Positions 28,347-38,077 of a DNA stretch of 64,000 nt are shown here, piece by piece; position 1 is the stretch's first letter, and every line of letters starts with the position of its first letter. The DNA lies in NCBI GenBank assembly GCA_965261085.1, contig OZ253442.1, positions 3,584,001 to 3,648,000 of the forward strand. Direction: 5' to 3'. A model generated the notes under the pieces. It was not told where the DNA came from. It worked only from the letters and a program-made list of their open reading frames with translations, and made no database searches. The DNA comes from a bacterium. GTDB lineage: Bacteria; UBA8248. Made by a program: the position numbers and the translations under genes.

Positions 28347-28742
28347 CTAAAAAATTCCGGCTTTTCTCTGCAGCCAGCGCACGTACTGCACGATCAGGGC
28401 CACCTCTTCCGGTTTCACGCCCGGCACAGGCTGCATGTCGCCGAACTTCCAGTGGTGGCTCTTCACCCCGCGCGTGACCGCCAGAAAGAAAGCGCCGTCC
28501 CCGTGATGGGAGGGCTCATAATACTTATGAACCAGCGGCGGGCCGATTCGCGTACCTTTGGCCTCCGGCCCGTGGCAGCGCATGCAATTGCGCGAAAACA
28601 GCGATTTTCCCTGGTTGATTTGCGCCATATTTTCAGATACGGGCTGCGCCGCTTGTCTTGGCGGCTCCGGCTTTTTCGTCAAGGTCACGAGAATACCAAA
28701 CCCCGCTATGAGAAAAAGTCCCGCCGCCAACGCCTTGTTCAT
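28347..28742 (-). CDS. Monoheme cytochrome c
   Basis: N-terminal membrane anchor; CMRCH; GPPL; HHWKFGDMQP. Confidence 0.88.
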   Translation of the reverse strand: MNKALAAGLFLIAGFGILVTLTKKPEPPRQAAQPVSENMAQINQGKSLFSRNCMRCHGPEAKGTRIGPPLVHKYYEPSHHGDGAFFLAVTRGVKSHHWKFGDMQPVPGVKPEEVALIVQYVRWLQRKAGIF

Positions 28743-28851
28743 AGCCCGTAAACTCCTCCTGCGGAGCGTTTTCACGTCTCGAAGCACGCTCCGCCACTAA
28801 CAACATCTCTCATCAAAAATTCAAGAGATCACCCAAAGCGGCGCAGACAGC

Positions 28852-30255
28852 TTAAGTGGATTCGCGCGCTGATTTCAAACCCCGACCGCCCATCAATCCC
28901 CGGATATTCCCGCTCCGCGCCCACAGGAAAAACCACCCGAGCAGGAGCGCGCCGCTTAAAATCTGACCCCCGCTCACCGCCCACCAGACGCCGCTTGCGC
29001 CCACGGCGAAGCCGAAAGACAGGAGATAGGCGGCGGGAAGCTGAACGCCCCAGCGGACGACGCCCTCCACCATCATGGGTGGCTTCGAGCGCGAAGCGCC
29101 CTGGAACGCGCCCGCCATCACCCGGCGGATAGACTCCATCAATAGACCGGCGCACAGGATTCTCAGCGCCATGACGCCCGTCGTGTCGTCCTTCATGCCG
29201 AAGAACGAGACGATCCCCTGCGCCCAGGCGAACATTACGAAGCTCACGACCGTCATCAGAATTACCAGGGCGGCAACAGAGAGCCACACCGTGCGGGCCA
29301 CGCGCTCCGGTCTCTCGGCGCCCATGTTCTGGCCCACCAGCGTGCGCACCGAACTTTGAAGCCCGAAGCTGGGCATCCGGGCGATCATCGTCACGCGGTT
29401 GCCGATGCTCCAGGCGGCCAGGGCGCTCGGTCCGAACGGCGAGAGCATCCGCACCATGAGCACGAGGGCGCTGCGCTCGAGCAGGTTCTGCGCAATCGCG
29501 GGCCACGCGAGGCGCGAGACGCGGGATATCTCGGAAGCGCGAGGGCGCAAATCCGCCCACCTCAGGCTGAGCCTGGATTTGCCCTTCACGATGAAGGTCA
29601 GCATCGTTAGGAAACCGCCCAGCCTCCCCACGCCTATTCCCAGGAAACTGCCCGCAAGCCCTAAGGCGGGAACAGGGCCGAAGCCGAACATAAGCAGGGG
29701 AATAAAAATCAGCGTCAAGACGGTGGAGGTGACGACGCCCGCGATGGTGATGCCGGGCTCGCCCGTTCCCCTCAGAATCTGGCCGATGACGAACATCGCC
29801 TCCGCGGCGAGCAGCACGGCGAAGCCCGCCCGGATGTAGACGACCCCCAGGGCGGCCAACCGGGGGTCGCGCGTCATGAGATCCATCATGAACGGGGCGA
29901 GTAAAATCCCCAGAAACGTGGCGATGAGGGAGAAGACGCCGACCAGAAAGATGGTCTGCCCGGCCATGATCGACGCGCCCTCGCCATCGCCAGCGCCCAC
30001 GCGCTGGGCCACGAGCGCCTGGCCTGCGATTCTCAGCCCGAAAGGGGCCGAGCGAATGAACAACAAGGTAATAAAGCCCAAAGACGCGGCGGCGAGGAAC
30101 TCGGGCCCCATCTGGCCGAGCCAGTAAATCTCAAAGATGCCGTCGAGATTGCGCAGGATGCGCTCACCGCAAATGGGAACCGATAGGCGCGTGAGCGCCC
30201 AGCCGATCGAACCCTGGGTGTAATCATACCCGCGCGTACTCTTGGAGTGACTCAG
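28852..30255 (-). CDS. MATE family efflux transporter (probable CTG start)
   Basis: VAQRVGAG, GQNMGA; the frame stays open upstream to DYTQGSI; CTG at 30255 follows a GAGGT RBS. Confidence 0.85.
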   Translation of the reverse strand: MSHSKSTRGYDYTQGSIGWALTRLSVPICGERILRNLDGIFEIYWLGQMGPEFLAAASLGFITLLFIRSAPFGLRIAGQALVAQRVGAGDGEGASIMAGQTIFLVGVFSLIATFLGILLAPFMMDLMTRDPRLAALGVVYIRAGFAVLLAAEAMFVIGQILRGTGEPGITIAGVVTSTVLTLIFIPLLMFGFGPVPALGLAGSFLGIGVGRLGGFLTMLTFIVKGKSRLSLRWADLRPRASEISRVSRLAWPAIAQNLLERSALVLMVRMLSPFGPSALAAWSIGNRVTMIARMPSFGLQSSVRTLVGQNMGAERPERVARTVWLSVAALVILMTVVSFVMFAWAQGIVSFFGMKDDTTGVMALRILCAGLLMESIRRVMAGAFQGASRSKPPMMVEGVVRWGVQLPAAYLLSFGFAVGASGVWWAVSGGQILSGALLLGWFFLWARSGNIRGLMGGRGLKSAREST

Positions 30256-30347
30256 AAGCGCACCTCGACTCTGGTGGAGATACCGGAAAGCGACGCTTCC
30301 ATGATACGCTAGAAGCCCCTGATACGTTAAGCAAGAAAGAGGATTCG

Positions 30348-31616
30348 ATGCCGCACCCAGACTTTGCGCGCTGCGCGCGCCACCTCACCGCAGACGCCGT
30401 GCGCGAACTCCTGAGCGAGATGGTGGACATCCCCAGCCCCACGGGCGGTGAGGCGGATATGGCGCGCTATATGGTGGAGCGCATGGGGCGCGCAGGCCTT
30501 AAAACCCGGCTTCAGGAGGTCGACCCCGGAAGGCCGAACGCCATCGGCGCGAGAGAAGGCGCGGGCGACGGCCTGAATCTCCTGTTCACCGGCCACATGG
30601 ACACCTCTTATGACGGCGATGAGGACTACCTGACCGGCGAGGGCTTCAAGCCCAAAGCGGTCTACCGCGGCGGCTGGGTGTGGGGCTTGGGCGCCAACAA
30701 CATGAAGAGCGGACTTGCGGGCGCGCTGGCGGCGATCGAGGCCATCTGCCGCGAGGATATCGCCTTGCGCGGGGACATCTCGCTCGCAGGCGTGGTGGGC
30801 GAGATAGAAAAAGCGCCTATCGAGGAATTCTCAGGCGCATCCTACTCAGGCTACGGGACGGGCACGCGCCACCTCATACTGCATGGCGAGACGGCGGATT
30901 GCGCCATCCTGGCGGAGCCGACGGGGCTTAAAGTCTCGAATGCGAACATGGGCGTCGTGTGGGCGAAAATCACCACCACAGGCACGATGAGCCACAGCGT
31001 GTTCTCGAACCGCCCGGGGGTCGTGAACGCAGTGCGCGCCATCCACGAGATACAAACCGCCCTAGAGCGCTGGATACCCGATTACGAAGCCAGACATTCC
31101 TGCATGGGAGAACACCCCAACGTGACGATAGCCGCCGTCCGGGGCGGCTGGCCCTGGCGGCTTTCCAGAAACCCCGCCGAGGCGAGCCTGTATCTGGACA
31201 TCCGCACCGTGCCGGGCCAAAACACGGAGGACATCAAGCGCGAACTGCGCGGCGTGCTCGATGAAACGGCGGAAGAAGCCGGACGTGCCGCGCTCTCGTT
31301 CTACGTGAACGACCCGCCCACCCTGCTCGATGAGGACGCCCCGCTCGTACAGGCGGCGCTTACCGCGCACGAAGAGGTTACGGGCGAGGCTTCGAGGCCC
31401 GTCATCAGGAGACCCGCGGCCGATTCCACGCATTTCAACCACTACGGCATCCCGTGCGTCTGCTATGGCCCCGGCGGGCGGATGCACCCCGAAGCCGAAA
31501 AGAAAGGTCTGATGCACGCCGTGGGCGAGCACGTGCTCATCGAGGACGTAGTGACGGCGGCGAAAGTCTATCTCGCCGCCGCGCTCGCAATTTGTAGCCA
31601 AAAAGCCGTTTCATAA
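30348..31616 (+). CDS. M20/ArgE-DapE family metallohydrolase
   Basis: FTGHMDT, GLGANNMKSG, AEPT, C-terminal H..GEH. Confidence 0.88.
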   Translation: MPHPDFARCARHLTADAVRELLSEMVDIPSPTGGEADMARYMVERMGRAGLKTRLQEVDPGRPNAIGAREGAGDGLNLLFTGHMDTSYDGDEDYLTGEGFKPKAVYRGGWVWGLGANNMKSGLAGALAAIEAICREDIALRGDISLAGVVGEIEKAPIEEFSGASYSGYGTGTRHLILHGETADCAILAEPTGLKVSNANMGVVWAKITTTGTMSHSVFSNRPGVVNAVRAIHEIQTALERWIPDYEARHSCMGEHPNVTIAAVRGGWPWRLSRNPAEASLYLDIRTVPGQNTEDIKRELRGVLDETAEEAGRAALSFYVNDPPTLLDEDAPLVQAALTAHEEVTGEASRPVIRRPAADSTHFNHYGIPCVCYGPGGRMHPEAEKKGLMHAVGEHVLIEDVVTAAKVYLAAALAICSQKAVS

Positions 31617-31708
31617 GGCTCTAAAAAGTAAAACATCATAAATAGGAGAGCGCGCGGACACTCCCGCCTCACCGCGAGCCGGATTCATAAACCAGAAAGG
31701 AAATTTAT

Positions 31709-32884
31709 ATGGATTTCGAACTGAATGAAGAGCAAAAGAGCCTGCAGTTACTCGCGCGAAAATTCGCAATGGAGGAGATGCTGCCCGTAGTCGCGGAACT
31801 CGAAAAACGACCCGACGGGGAGGACAAGTTCGCCTACGATATGGTGAAGCGCGGCGCCTCGCTCGGGTTTCACTCCCTCGCGGTGCCGAAGGAATACGAG
31901 GGCGACGGAGCCAGCGTACTTACCCAGTGCGTCGTGATGAGCGAACTCTCCGCCGGCTCGCCCGCCGTCTCCAAGGTGTTCAGCCACAACTGGAAGGCGA
32001 TAGCCGGCCTCATCGCCGTGGCGACCGACGAACAGCTCGCTCGCGTGATTCCCGATTACCTCAAAGACCCGCTCTATTGCATCGGCATCGCCGTCACGGA
32101 ACCCAACTCGGGCAGCGACAACGCGCTTCCCTTCGATGCGGACCTCGCCGCAGGCCCCGCCCTGAGCGCGGTGCGCGACGGGGATTCCTACGTTTTGAAC
32201 GGGATGAAGCAGTTCATCGCCATGGGCGCGCAGGCGAAATACGTCACCGCCTTCGCCCGGACCGACAAGAGCGTCCCGTGGACGAAGGGCGTGACGGGAT
32301 TCATGCTCTTTCCGCCGCACGAGGGCTTCGAGGTCGGCAGGCTGCACGAGAAGGTGGGTTTGAGGTGTTACCCCCAGTACGACCTCATCTTCCGCAACGT
32401 GCGGGTCCCGCTGGAAAGCCGCCTGGGCGAGGAGGACAAATTTCAGGAAGGAAGAAGGAGCGTCGTCAACGTCGGCACCCTCGAGGCCACGTCCACGGCT
32501 TTGGGGATCGCCCAGCGGGCTTACGATCTGGCGCTGGGCCACGCGCGCGTGCGCGTACAGGGCGGAAAACCCATCATCGAGCACGACCTCATCGGCTCGC
32601 TCCTGCTCGATATGTACACCCGGCTCGAAGCTTCGAGGACGCTGCTCTGGCGCGCAGCCTGGGGCATCGACCAGGGGCTGAATGATCAGAAACTCGCGCG
32701 GGCGACGAAGGTGCTCACCGTCGAGATGCTGAATTATATGACCATGCGGACCGTGGAGATTTGGGGGGGCATGGGCGTGATGAAGGACGCGCCGGTGGAG
32801 AAGGTGCACCGCGACGCGATTCAGCTATTCCACATGGGCAACACGAACCAGGTGAACGTCTTGAAGGCGCTGCCCCACCTGTGA
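31709..32884 (+). CDS. Acyl-CoA dehydrogenase family protein
   Basis: MDFELNEEQ, TEPNSGSD, LNGMKQFI, RVQGGKPI, WGGMG. Confidence 0.92.
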   Translation: MDFELNEEQKSLQLLARKFAMEEMLPVVAELEKRPDGEDKFAYDMVKRGASLGFHSLAVPKEYEGDGASVLTQCVVMSELSAGSPAVSKVFSHNWKAIAGLIAVATDEQLARVIPDYLKDPLYCIGIAVTEPNSGSDNALPFDADLAAGPALSAVRDGDSYVLNGMKQFIAMGAQAKYVTAFARTDKSVPWTKGVTGFMLFPPHEGFEVGRLHEKVGLRCYPQYDLIFRNVRVPLESRLGEEDKFQEGRRSVVNVGTLEATSTALGIAQRAYDLALGHARVRVQGGKPIIEHDLIGSLLLDMYTRLEASRTLLWRAAWGIDQGLNDQKLARATKVLTVEMLNYMTMRTVEIWGGMGVMKDAPVEKVHRDAIQLFHMGNTNQVNVLKALPHL

Positions 32885-33034
32885 GGAATCCATCTTCTGC
32901 GCGCCCTTGTCTTTCGGGCGGTTTTTGATGATCCTAAACAAGGCGCTCGACCATGGGGGCTGCCGAGGGAACCGGCCCGCATGAAGAGGAGCTCCCTTGA
33001 TGAAGCGCCTCACGGGGAGTCGGCCCGTATGAAA

Positions 33035-33060
33035 AGGGACGCATATATGCGTCCCCTACA
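33035..33060 (-). repeat. GTAG-family REP
   Basis: GGGACGCATATATGCGTCCC palindrome followed by CTAC. Confidence 0.75.
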
Positions 33061-33086
33061 GGTAAATCCAGATGGGATGAAGGAGT

Positions 33087-33491
33087 ATGAAAATGACAGA
33101 AAAAACGGATGCGGAATGGCGCGAGCAACTCACGCCGGAGCAATACCACGTCACCCGGAAGGCGGGAACCGAGCGCGCCTTCAGCGGGAAATACTGCGAC
33201 TGCCATGAGGACGGCGTCTATACGTGCATATGCTGCGGGACGGAGCTGTTCGATGCGCAGACCAAGTTCGACTCGGGCACGGGCTGGCCGAGTTTTTATC
33301 AGCCGCTCAAGCCCGAGAACGTGGGCGAGAAGGAGGACAAATCGCTCTGGATGCGCCGCGTGGAGGTGGTGTGCTCAAATTGCGACGCGCATCTGGGCCA
33401 CGTGTTCCCCGACGGCCCTGCGCCCACCGGTCTTCGCTACTGCATGAACTCGGCATCTTTGGACTTGAAACCGAAAGACGCATCCGAATAA
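33087..33491 (+). CDS. msrB: Peptide-methionine (R)-S-oxide reductase
   Basis: [33 protein letters not shown]. Confidence 0.97.
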   Translation: MKMTEKTDAEWREQLTPEQYHVTRKAGTERAFSGKYCDCHEDGVYTCICCGTELFDAQTKFDSGTGWPSFYQPLKPENVGEKEDKSLWMRRVEVVCSNCDAHLGHVFPDGPAPTGLRYCMNSASLDLKPKDASE

Positions 33492-33591
33492 TTTCATACG
33501 GGCATGGAAGGGCGAGCCTCGCCTCATGTGACGCCCCTCTGCGCAATAATCCAAGCGCATCTTTTTTAGAGAATGACGGGAGAGAACACCC

Positions 33592-34035
33592 ATGGGTATT
33601 GAGCGCTTTCATAACGTATCCCTGACGGTGAAGGACGCGGACGCATCTTCCAAATGGTATGCAGAGCACTTCGGCTTCGAGGTGGAATCCGATTCCGAGC
33701 GCACGCCGGAGTTTTCCGCGCAGGTGACGGGTGTTCCGGGCGCGCACTTGCGCGTGGTGCACATGGGCGGCCACGGGCTTCATCTCGAACTCATGGAGTA
33801 CAAGAGCGCGGCAGGCGAGACGATAAACACCGACCCCAACAACACGGGCTGCCTGCAAATCGGCTTCGTGGTGGACGACGCCAAGGCTCTCTATGAGAAA
33901 CTCCAGGCGGAGGGAACCACCATGTGCTCGCCTGAACCCGCCACGGTGCCGACCGGCCCCATCCAGGGTTCAAAGATTTTCTTCTGCAAAGACCCCGACG
34001 GCGTGGTGCTGAAGTTCTTGTCGATTAAGAAGTAG
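33592..34035 (+). CDS. VOC family protein
   Basis: HNVSLTVKD, LELMEY, DPDG. Confidence 0.85.
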   Translation: MGIERFHNVSLTVKDADASSKWYAEHFGFEVESDSERTPEFSAQVTGVPGAHLRVVHMGGHGLHLELMEYKSAAGETINTDPNNTGCLQIGFVVDDAKALYEKLQAEGTTMCSPEPATVPTGPIQGSKIFFCKDPDGVVLKFLSIKK

Positions 34036-34066
34036 GGGTTGGTGATTTGTAGGGACATGTTGCAGG

Positions 34067-35045
34067 TGTAGGGGCGGACCTATGTGTCCGCCCTTGTTAC
34101 CTTAGGTCGCCCGAAGTGGTAATTTTTCCCCTTTGGTCATATTGTTTAATCGATCTGCTTCCACAAGATAGACTCCCCTTTCCTCACCGCCCTGTGAGAC
34201 ACGCGGAAATCCAATGAGAAGTGACATGGCTCGCTTTGATCACAAGACCGCTTGTAAAGTTTTTCGTGATCATTGTCGTGAAAGAGGAATTTCGTTACAG
34301 CTTATCCCCGAGAGCCGTGAACCCAATGAGCGCCGCCCCGATTTTGAGATTAGAATTGACGATAAGCACGTAGTCGTTGAAGTCAAAGCGATAGTACAGA
34401 ATAAAGAAGACAAGAGCAGCGCTGAAAAGGTGAAAGCGGGTGAACCAGTCGTATTCAGCCACACACCCGGTGATGGGTTGCTCAAAAAGTTGCAGAAAGC
34501 GAACGGGCAGCTTCGTCCGTCCGTCAATCAGGGCATTCCAAGCATCGTCTGTGTTTTCGATTAATCTTCTCGCCGGTTTTTAGATTCATACAATATTCAC
34601 GCCGGAATGTTCGGGCTGGACGCTGTCTCAATCTCGATTCCGGCAGACTACACCCAACAGCCTCGTTCCCTGGGCCACAAATCCGGCAGACGGGAAACGT
34701 TGACAAAAGAGCACAACACCTCAATTTCGGCAGTTATGGTATTTAGGGCGACAGGCCCTAATCAATATGATGCGAGGCTTTTCCACAATCACTTCGCCAA
34801 ATGTCCGCTTCCAGAAGATTGCGCTTCTCGTTTGGTGGACTGGCAGTATCGGAGTAGAAATAGAGAAGGCCGGATTGGCGATCCTTGGAATCTAATCGAA
34901 TGAATCCTGGGACTTTAGATTCTGCAAGGGCGGCTCGCGAGCCGCCCCTACGAAAAAACGCGCTCTCGCGCTCTAGGTCAAACGGGCACAATTTCCCCTT
35001 CTCGGCGATGCACAATGCGGGCGGACACATAGGTCCGCCCCTACA
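34067..35045. mobile_element. REP-bracketed cargo cassette
   Basis: 27-bp perfect inverted GTAG-REPs at 34067-34093 and 35019-35045 enclose an AT-richer gene; extra REP at 34926-34951. Confidence 0.6.
34214..34903 (+). pseudogene. PD-(D/E)XK nuclease-like protein interrupted by an in-frame TAA
   Basis: RPDFEI...VVEVK motif; ORFs 34214-34564 and 34607-34903 share a frame, separated only by TAA at 34562. Confidence 0.7.
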
Positions 35046-35106
35046 AAATTTATTCATGATGGGGAATCATCACACAACATCGTCATTCCGATAGGGCAGC
35101 GAACAA

Positions 35107-35310
35107 CACTCCTCCCTTGAGGGTCATTGTCGACCGATGAGGGAGGTTTTGCTTCGGATGAGAAACACACCGGTTAACAATTCTTCGCTCCTCGCTTGGA
35201 ATAATTCTTCTTTTCTCAGTCGGAATTCCCCCCACCGGTTCGGTTGCGGGCTTACGCCCTTACCCCACCGTCGGACTTTCCCCTCGGAAAGCCCGACCCT
35301 CAAGGGAGTG
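35107..35310. repeat. Long palindromic element (CTCC..CTTGAG family), degenerate copy
   Basis: Ends CACTCCTCCCTTGAGGGTC / GACCCTCAAGGGAGTG; shares CCCCACCGG..TGCGGGCTTACGCCCTT with 25303-25576. Confidence 0.8.
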
Positions 35311-35382
35311 AATATATGACCACTCATGTTTCTGATGAGAGGCAGTCCCCCGCGCCTGTTCTGAACGCATCCTCCCTGAGGA

Positions 35383-35445
35383 AGAACAATCACGGGGGGC
35401 AGGACAACCACGGGGGGCAGGACAACCACGGGGGGTTGTCCCTAC
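35383..35445. repeat. 18-bp tandem repeat x3 ending in a GTAG-REP
   Basis: AG(A/G)ACAA(T/C)CACGGGGGGC units; the last ends in TTGTCCCTAC. Confidence 0.85.
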
Positions 35446-35582
35446 GTTCGAGAACGAACCCTCCCCTCCATATGCCCGGCCTTGCGGACGCAACCCTGCG
35501 AGGCCACAATGCGCTCGCCTCCTCTCAGGAGCACAGCGGCGGTTCACGAACCATTTCTCAAGAGACGAAAAAGGGAGACGCC

Positions 35583-36578
35583 ATGAGCAAGCCGTCCGTT
35601 ACGATAGTGACGACCGGGGGGACGATTTCATCCAAATACGACACGCGGGGAGGGGAGAACGTGCCTGCGGCGAGTGCGGAGGAGTTGGTCGCTTCGGTTC
35701 CTGAACTCAGCAGTGCGGCCCAAGTGCGCGTCGTCGAGCACTCGAACGTCACCAGCGACGTCTTGGAAACGTCCACGGCCTTCGGCCTTCGCGACCGCCT
35801 GCGCGGGATTCTGGCGGATGAGGAGACGGCCGGGGCGGTCATCACCCACGGGACCGCCACCATGGAGGAGACGGCCTATCTCTTAGACCTCACCCTGGGC
35901 GGCGAGAAGCCCGTGGTGATTACGGGCGCGATGCGCAACGCCGTCGCCCGGGACGCGGACGGACCCCGGAACATCTTCTACGCCGCGAAGATCGCAGCAG
36001 ACCCCGAAACGCGGGGCCGGGGCGTGCTGGTCGCGCTGGACGGCGAGATATTCGCCGCGCGGGACGTCATCAAGGTGCACAGCCAGCGGCCCCATGCCTT
36101 CGCCTCCAGAGACGGCGGGCCTATCGGCGTCGTCTCGGATGAGGGCGTCTTCTTTCACTACCGCCCCGAGCGGCGGCTTCACTTCGAGGTCGACGCCGTG
36201 AAGGAAAACGTGCAGTTCCTCACCGTGACCCAGGGGGTGAACGACCTGCTCGTGCGCGCGTGCATTCGGGAGGGAGTGGACGGCATCGTGGTGGAAGGCG
36301 TCGGCGCGGGCAACGTGAACGTTCCCTTTTATCACGCCCTGTGCGACGCGCTTGCGGCGGGAATCCCCGTGGTGATGGGGGTGCGCATCTTCGCGGGCGC
36401 GCCGCACCGCGCAAAGGCCCACGCGGGCTCGTTCCGGAGCCTGCTCGAGCGCGGAGCGATATCCGCAGGCTATCTGAGCGGAATCAAGGCCCGGATTCTG
36501 CTGATGGTGGCGCTGGCGCATACGCAGGATTTAGGAGAGTTGCAGGATATTTTCGAGCGGGCGGGCGGACGAGCGTAA
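35583..36578 (+). CDS. Asparaginase/glutaminase family protein
   Basis: TTGGTI, THGTATMEET, VITGAMR, DGPRN, GAGN. Confidence 0.92.
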   Translation: MSKPSVTIVTTGGTISSKYDTRGGENVPAASAEELVASVPELSSAAQVRVVEHSNVTSDVLETSTAFGLRDRLRGILADEETAGAVITHGTATMEETAYLLDLTLGGEKPVVITGAMRNAVARDADGPRNIFYAAKIAADPETRGRGVLVALDGEIFAARDVIKVHSQRPHAFASRDGGPIGVVSDEGVFFHYRPERRLHFEVDAVKENVQFLTVTQGVNDLLVRACIREGVDGIVVEGVGAGNVNVPFYHALCDALAAGIPVVMGVRIFAGAPHRAKAHAGSFRSLLERGAISAGYLSGIKARILLMVALAHTQDLGELQDIFERAGGRA

Positions 36579-36689
36579 AGAGGGGGGAATCGCCGCAGTC
36601 TCCCAGGTCGGCAATTCCACGTTCCTCACTCTGAAAGGTCAGGCTTCCCCTCCTCGGGGAAGCCTGACCTTCCTCACTCGGGTTCGACC

Positions 36690-36960
36690 ACGCATCTGCC
36701 CGCAATTCCCGTCATCGCGTCTTCTCCGGGATGTGTCAGAATCCGCCGCTAGAAGAGGAGGCTTTTTCATGGAACCCGGCGATAGGGCAAGAGTAAAAAC
36801 GGCAATCTCTCCCGCATTGGTCGAGATTGACCACCGTGAGGAGGTGAGGCGTACTCATCGACTCAGGCGTGACAAGGAAATATGAAAATAATCCAATTTC
36901 CTGAAAATATCGATAAATTCACGGGGTTTTTCGATAAATTAACGGGGTATTTCTGCAAAT
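36690..36960 (+). repeat. AT-core non-coding repeat element, copy 2 (truncated)
   Basis: ATGAAAATAATCCAATTTCCTGAAAATATCGATAAAT core; GAGGAGGCTTTTTCATGGAA block shared with copy 3. Confidence 0.8.
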
Positions 36961-36987
36961 AAAAGAGTCGAAAAAGGGGGCGGACGC

Positions 36988-37443
36988 CTAGGAAACGCTC
37001 ATCTTCCGACCGCTCTCGTACCACTCGGGACCAGGCTGTTCGGGGGGATCGTCGTAGCGTTTGATCTCGAGTTCGACGTTGTCGGGATCGTAGAAATAGG
37101 TGGCGTAGCCCACGCCGAAAGCGCCGAGGTTCTTCTCCTCGCCCCGGTGAGGCTCTCTGCCACTTGCTCGTAAACGATTGATTACATTGTGGTATTCGGC
37201 GTCATCAAGACAAAACGCGATGTGGTCCATCCCGCCCTTCACGTCGACGTCGTCTGATACGAACGAATCGGAATGGAACAGGACGAGGATGTCATCCCCC
37301 ACGCGGAAGACGACCTGGTCGATCTCGCCGCCGTGAATGAGCCGGCGGCCGACGGGCTTGAAACCCATCACGTCGCGGTAGAACACGATGGAACTATCGA
37401 GATTCGTAACGCGCAGGGCGACGTGCTCGATCATTCGTTTCAT
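36988..37443 (-). CDS. VOC family protein
   Basis: IEHVALRV, MDHIAF, YFYDPDNVELE. Confidence 0.88.
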   Translation of the reverse strand: MKRMIEHVALRVTNLDSSIVFYRDVMGFKPVGRRLIHGGEIDQVVFRVGDDILVLFHSDSFVSDDVDVKGGMDHIAFCLDDAEYHNVINRLRASGREPHRGEEKNLGAFGVGYATYFYDPDNVELEIKRYDDPPEQPGPEWYESGRKMSVS

Positions 37444-37471
37444 GGCGGCCTCCTTTACTGGAGGAGAGGGG

Positions 37472-37993
37472 CTAGTTCTCGTAGGCCTTCACCGTGGGAA
37501 CCGTGATGGGAGATTCGGGTTCGGTCCTGCCCTCGGCCACGGCGCGAATCGCCGCGATAATCTGGCGATATCCCGTGCAGCGGCAAAGGTTTCCGGTGAG
37601 CCAGTGCTGAATTTCCGCCTCGGAGGGGTCGGGATTCTCATCGAGCAGTTTCTTGGCCGAAACAATCATCCCCGGCGTGCAATAGCCGCACTGGGTGGCG
37701 CCGTACGAGGCGAAAGCGGCTTGTAAGGGATGCAAGTCTTCGAGGCTGCCGAGGCCTTCTATCGTCTCTATATTCGAGCCATCGGCGCGCACCGCGAGGG
37801 TGAGGCATGAACTGATGAGTGCATCATCCATGATGATCGAGCAGGAGCCGCACGCGCCTTGATCGCAGGAGCGCTTGGTGCCCATCATCCCCAAGTCCTC
37901 ACGGATGACGTCCACGAGATAGCGGTTCACGGGAACCATGACTTCGACGGGGTCTCCGTTGAGAACGAAAGATATCATCCTTTTTTCAGACAT
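37472..37993 (-). CDS. CoxS/XdhC-like 2x[2Fe-2S] small subunit
   Basis: GTKRSCDQGACGSC, QCGYCTPG, GNLCRCTGY. Confidence 0.92.
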   Translation of the reverse strand: MSEKRMISFVLNGDPVEVMVPVNRYLVDVIREDLGMMGTKRSCDQGACGSCSIIMDDALISSCLTLAVRADGSNIETIEGLGSLEDLHPLQAAFASYGATQCGYCTPGMIVSAKKLLDENPDPSEAEIQHWLTGNLCRCTGYRQIIAAIRAVAEGRTEPESPITVPTVKAYEN

Positions 37994-38077
37994 ATCAGTC
38001 CCCCACTTTTTGTGGCCATGCACTGTTGTCTAGTAACCCAATTATATCACGTTTCACCCGTCCATGCATGGAAACCA

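Noticed and set aside
33087-33491. MsrB as a second selenoprotein
   Set aside because: The catalytic residue is a normal Cys codon (RYCMNS); no in-frame TGA
34562-34564. Recoded stop in the nuclease-like gene
   Set aside because: The stop is TAA, not TGA/TAG, and no recoding signal is seen; nonsense mutation or sequencing error is more likely
35383-35445. Possible CRISPR mini-array
   Set aside because: Repeats are contiguous without unique spacers, and no cas genes are present
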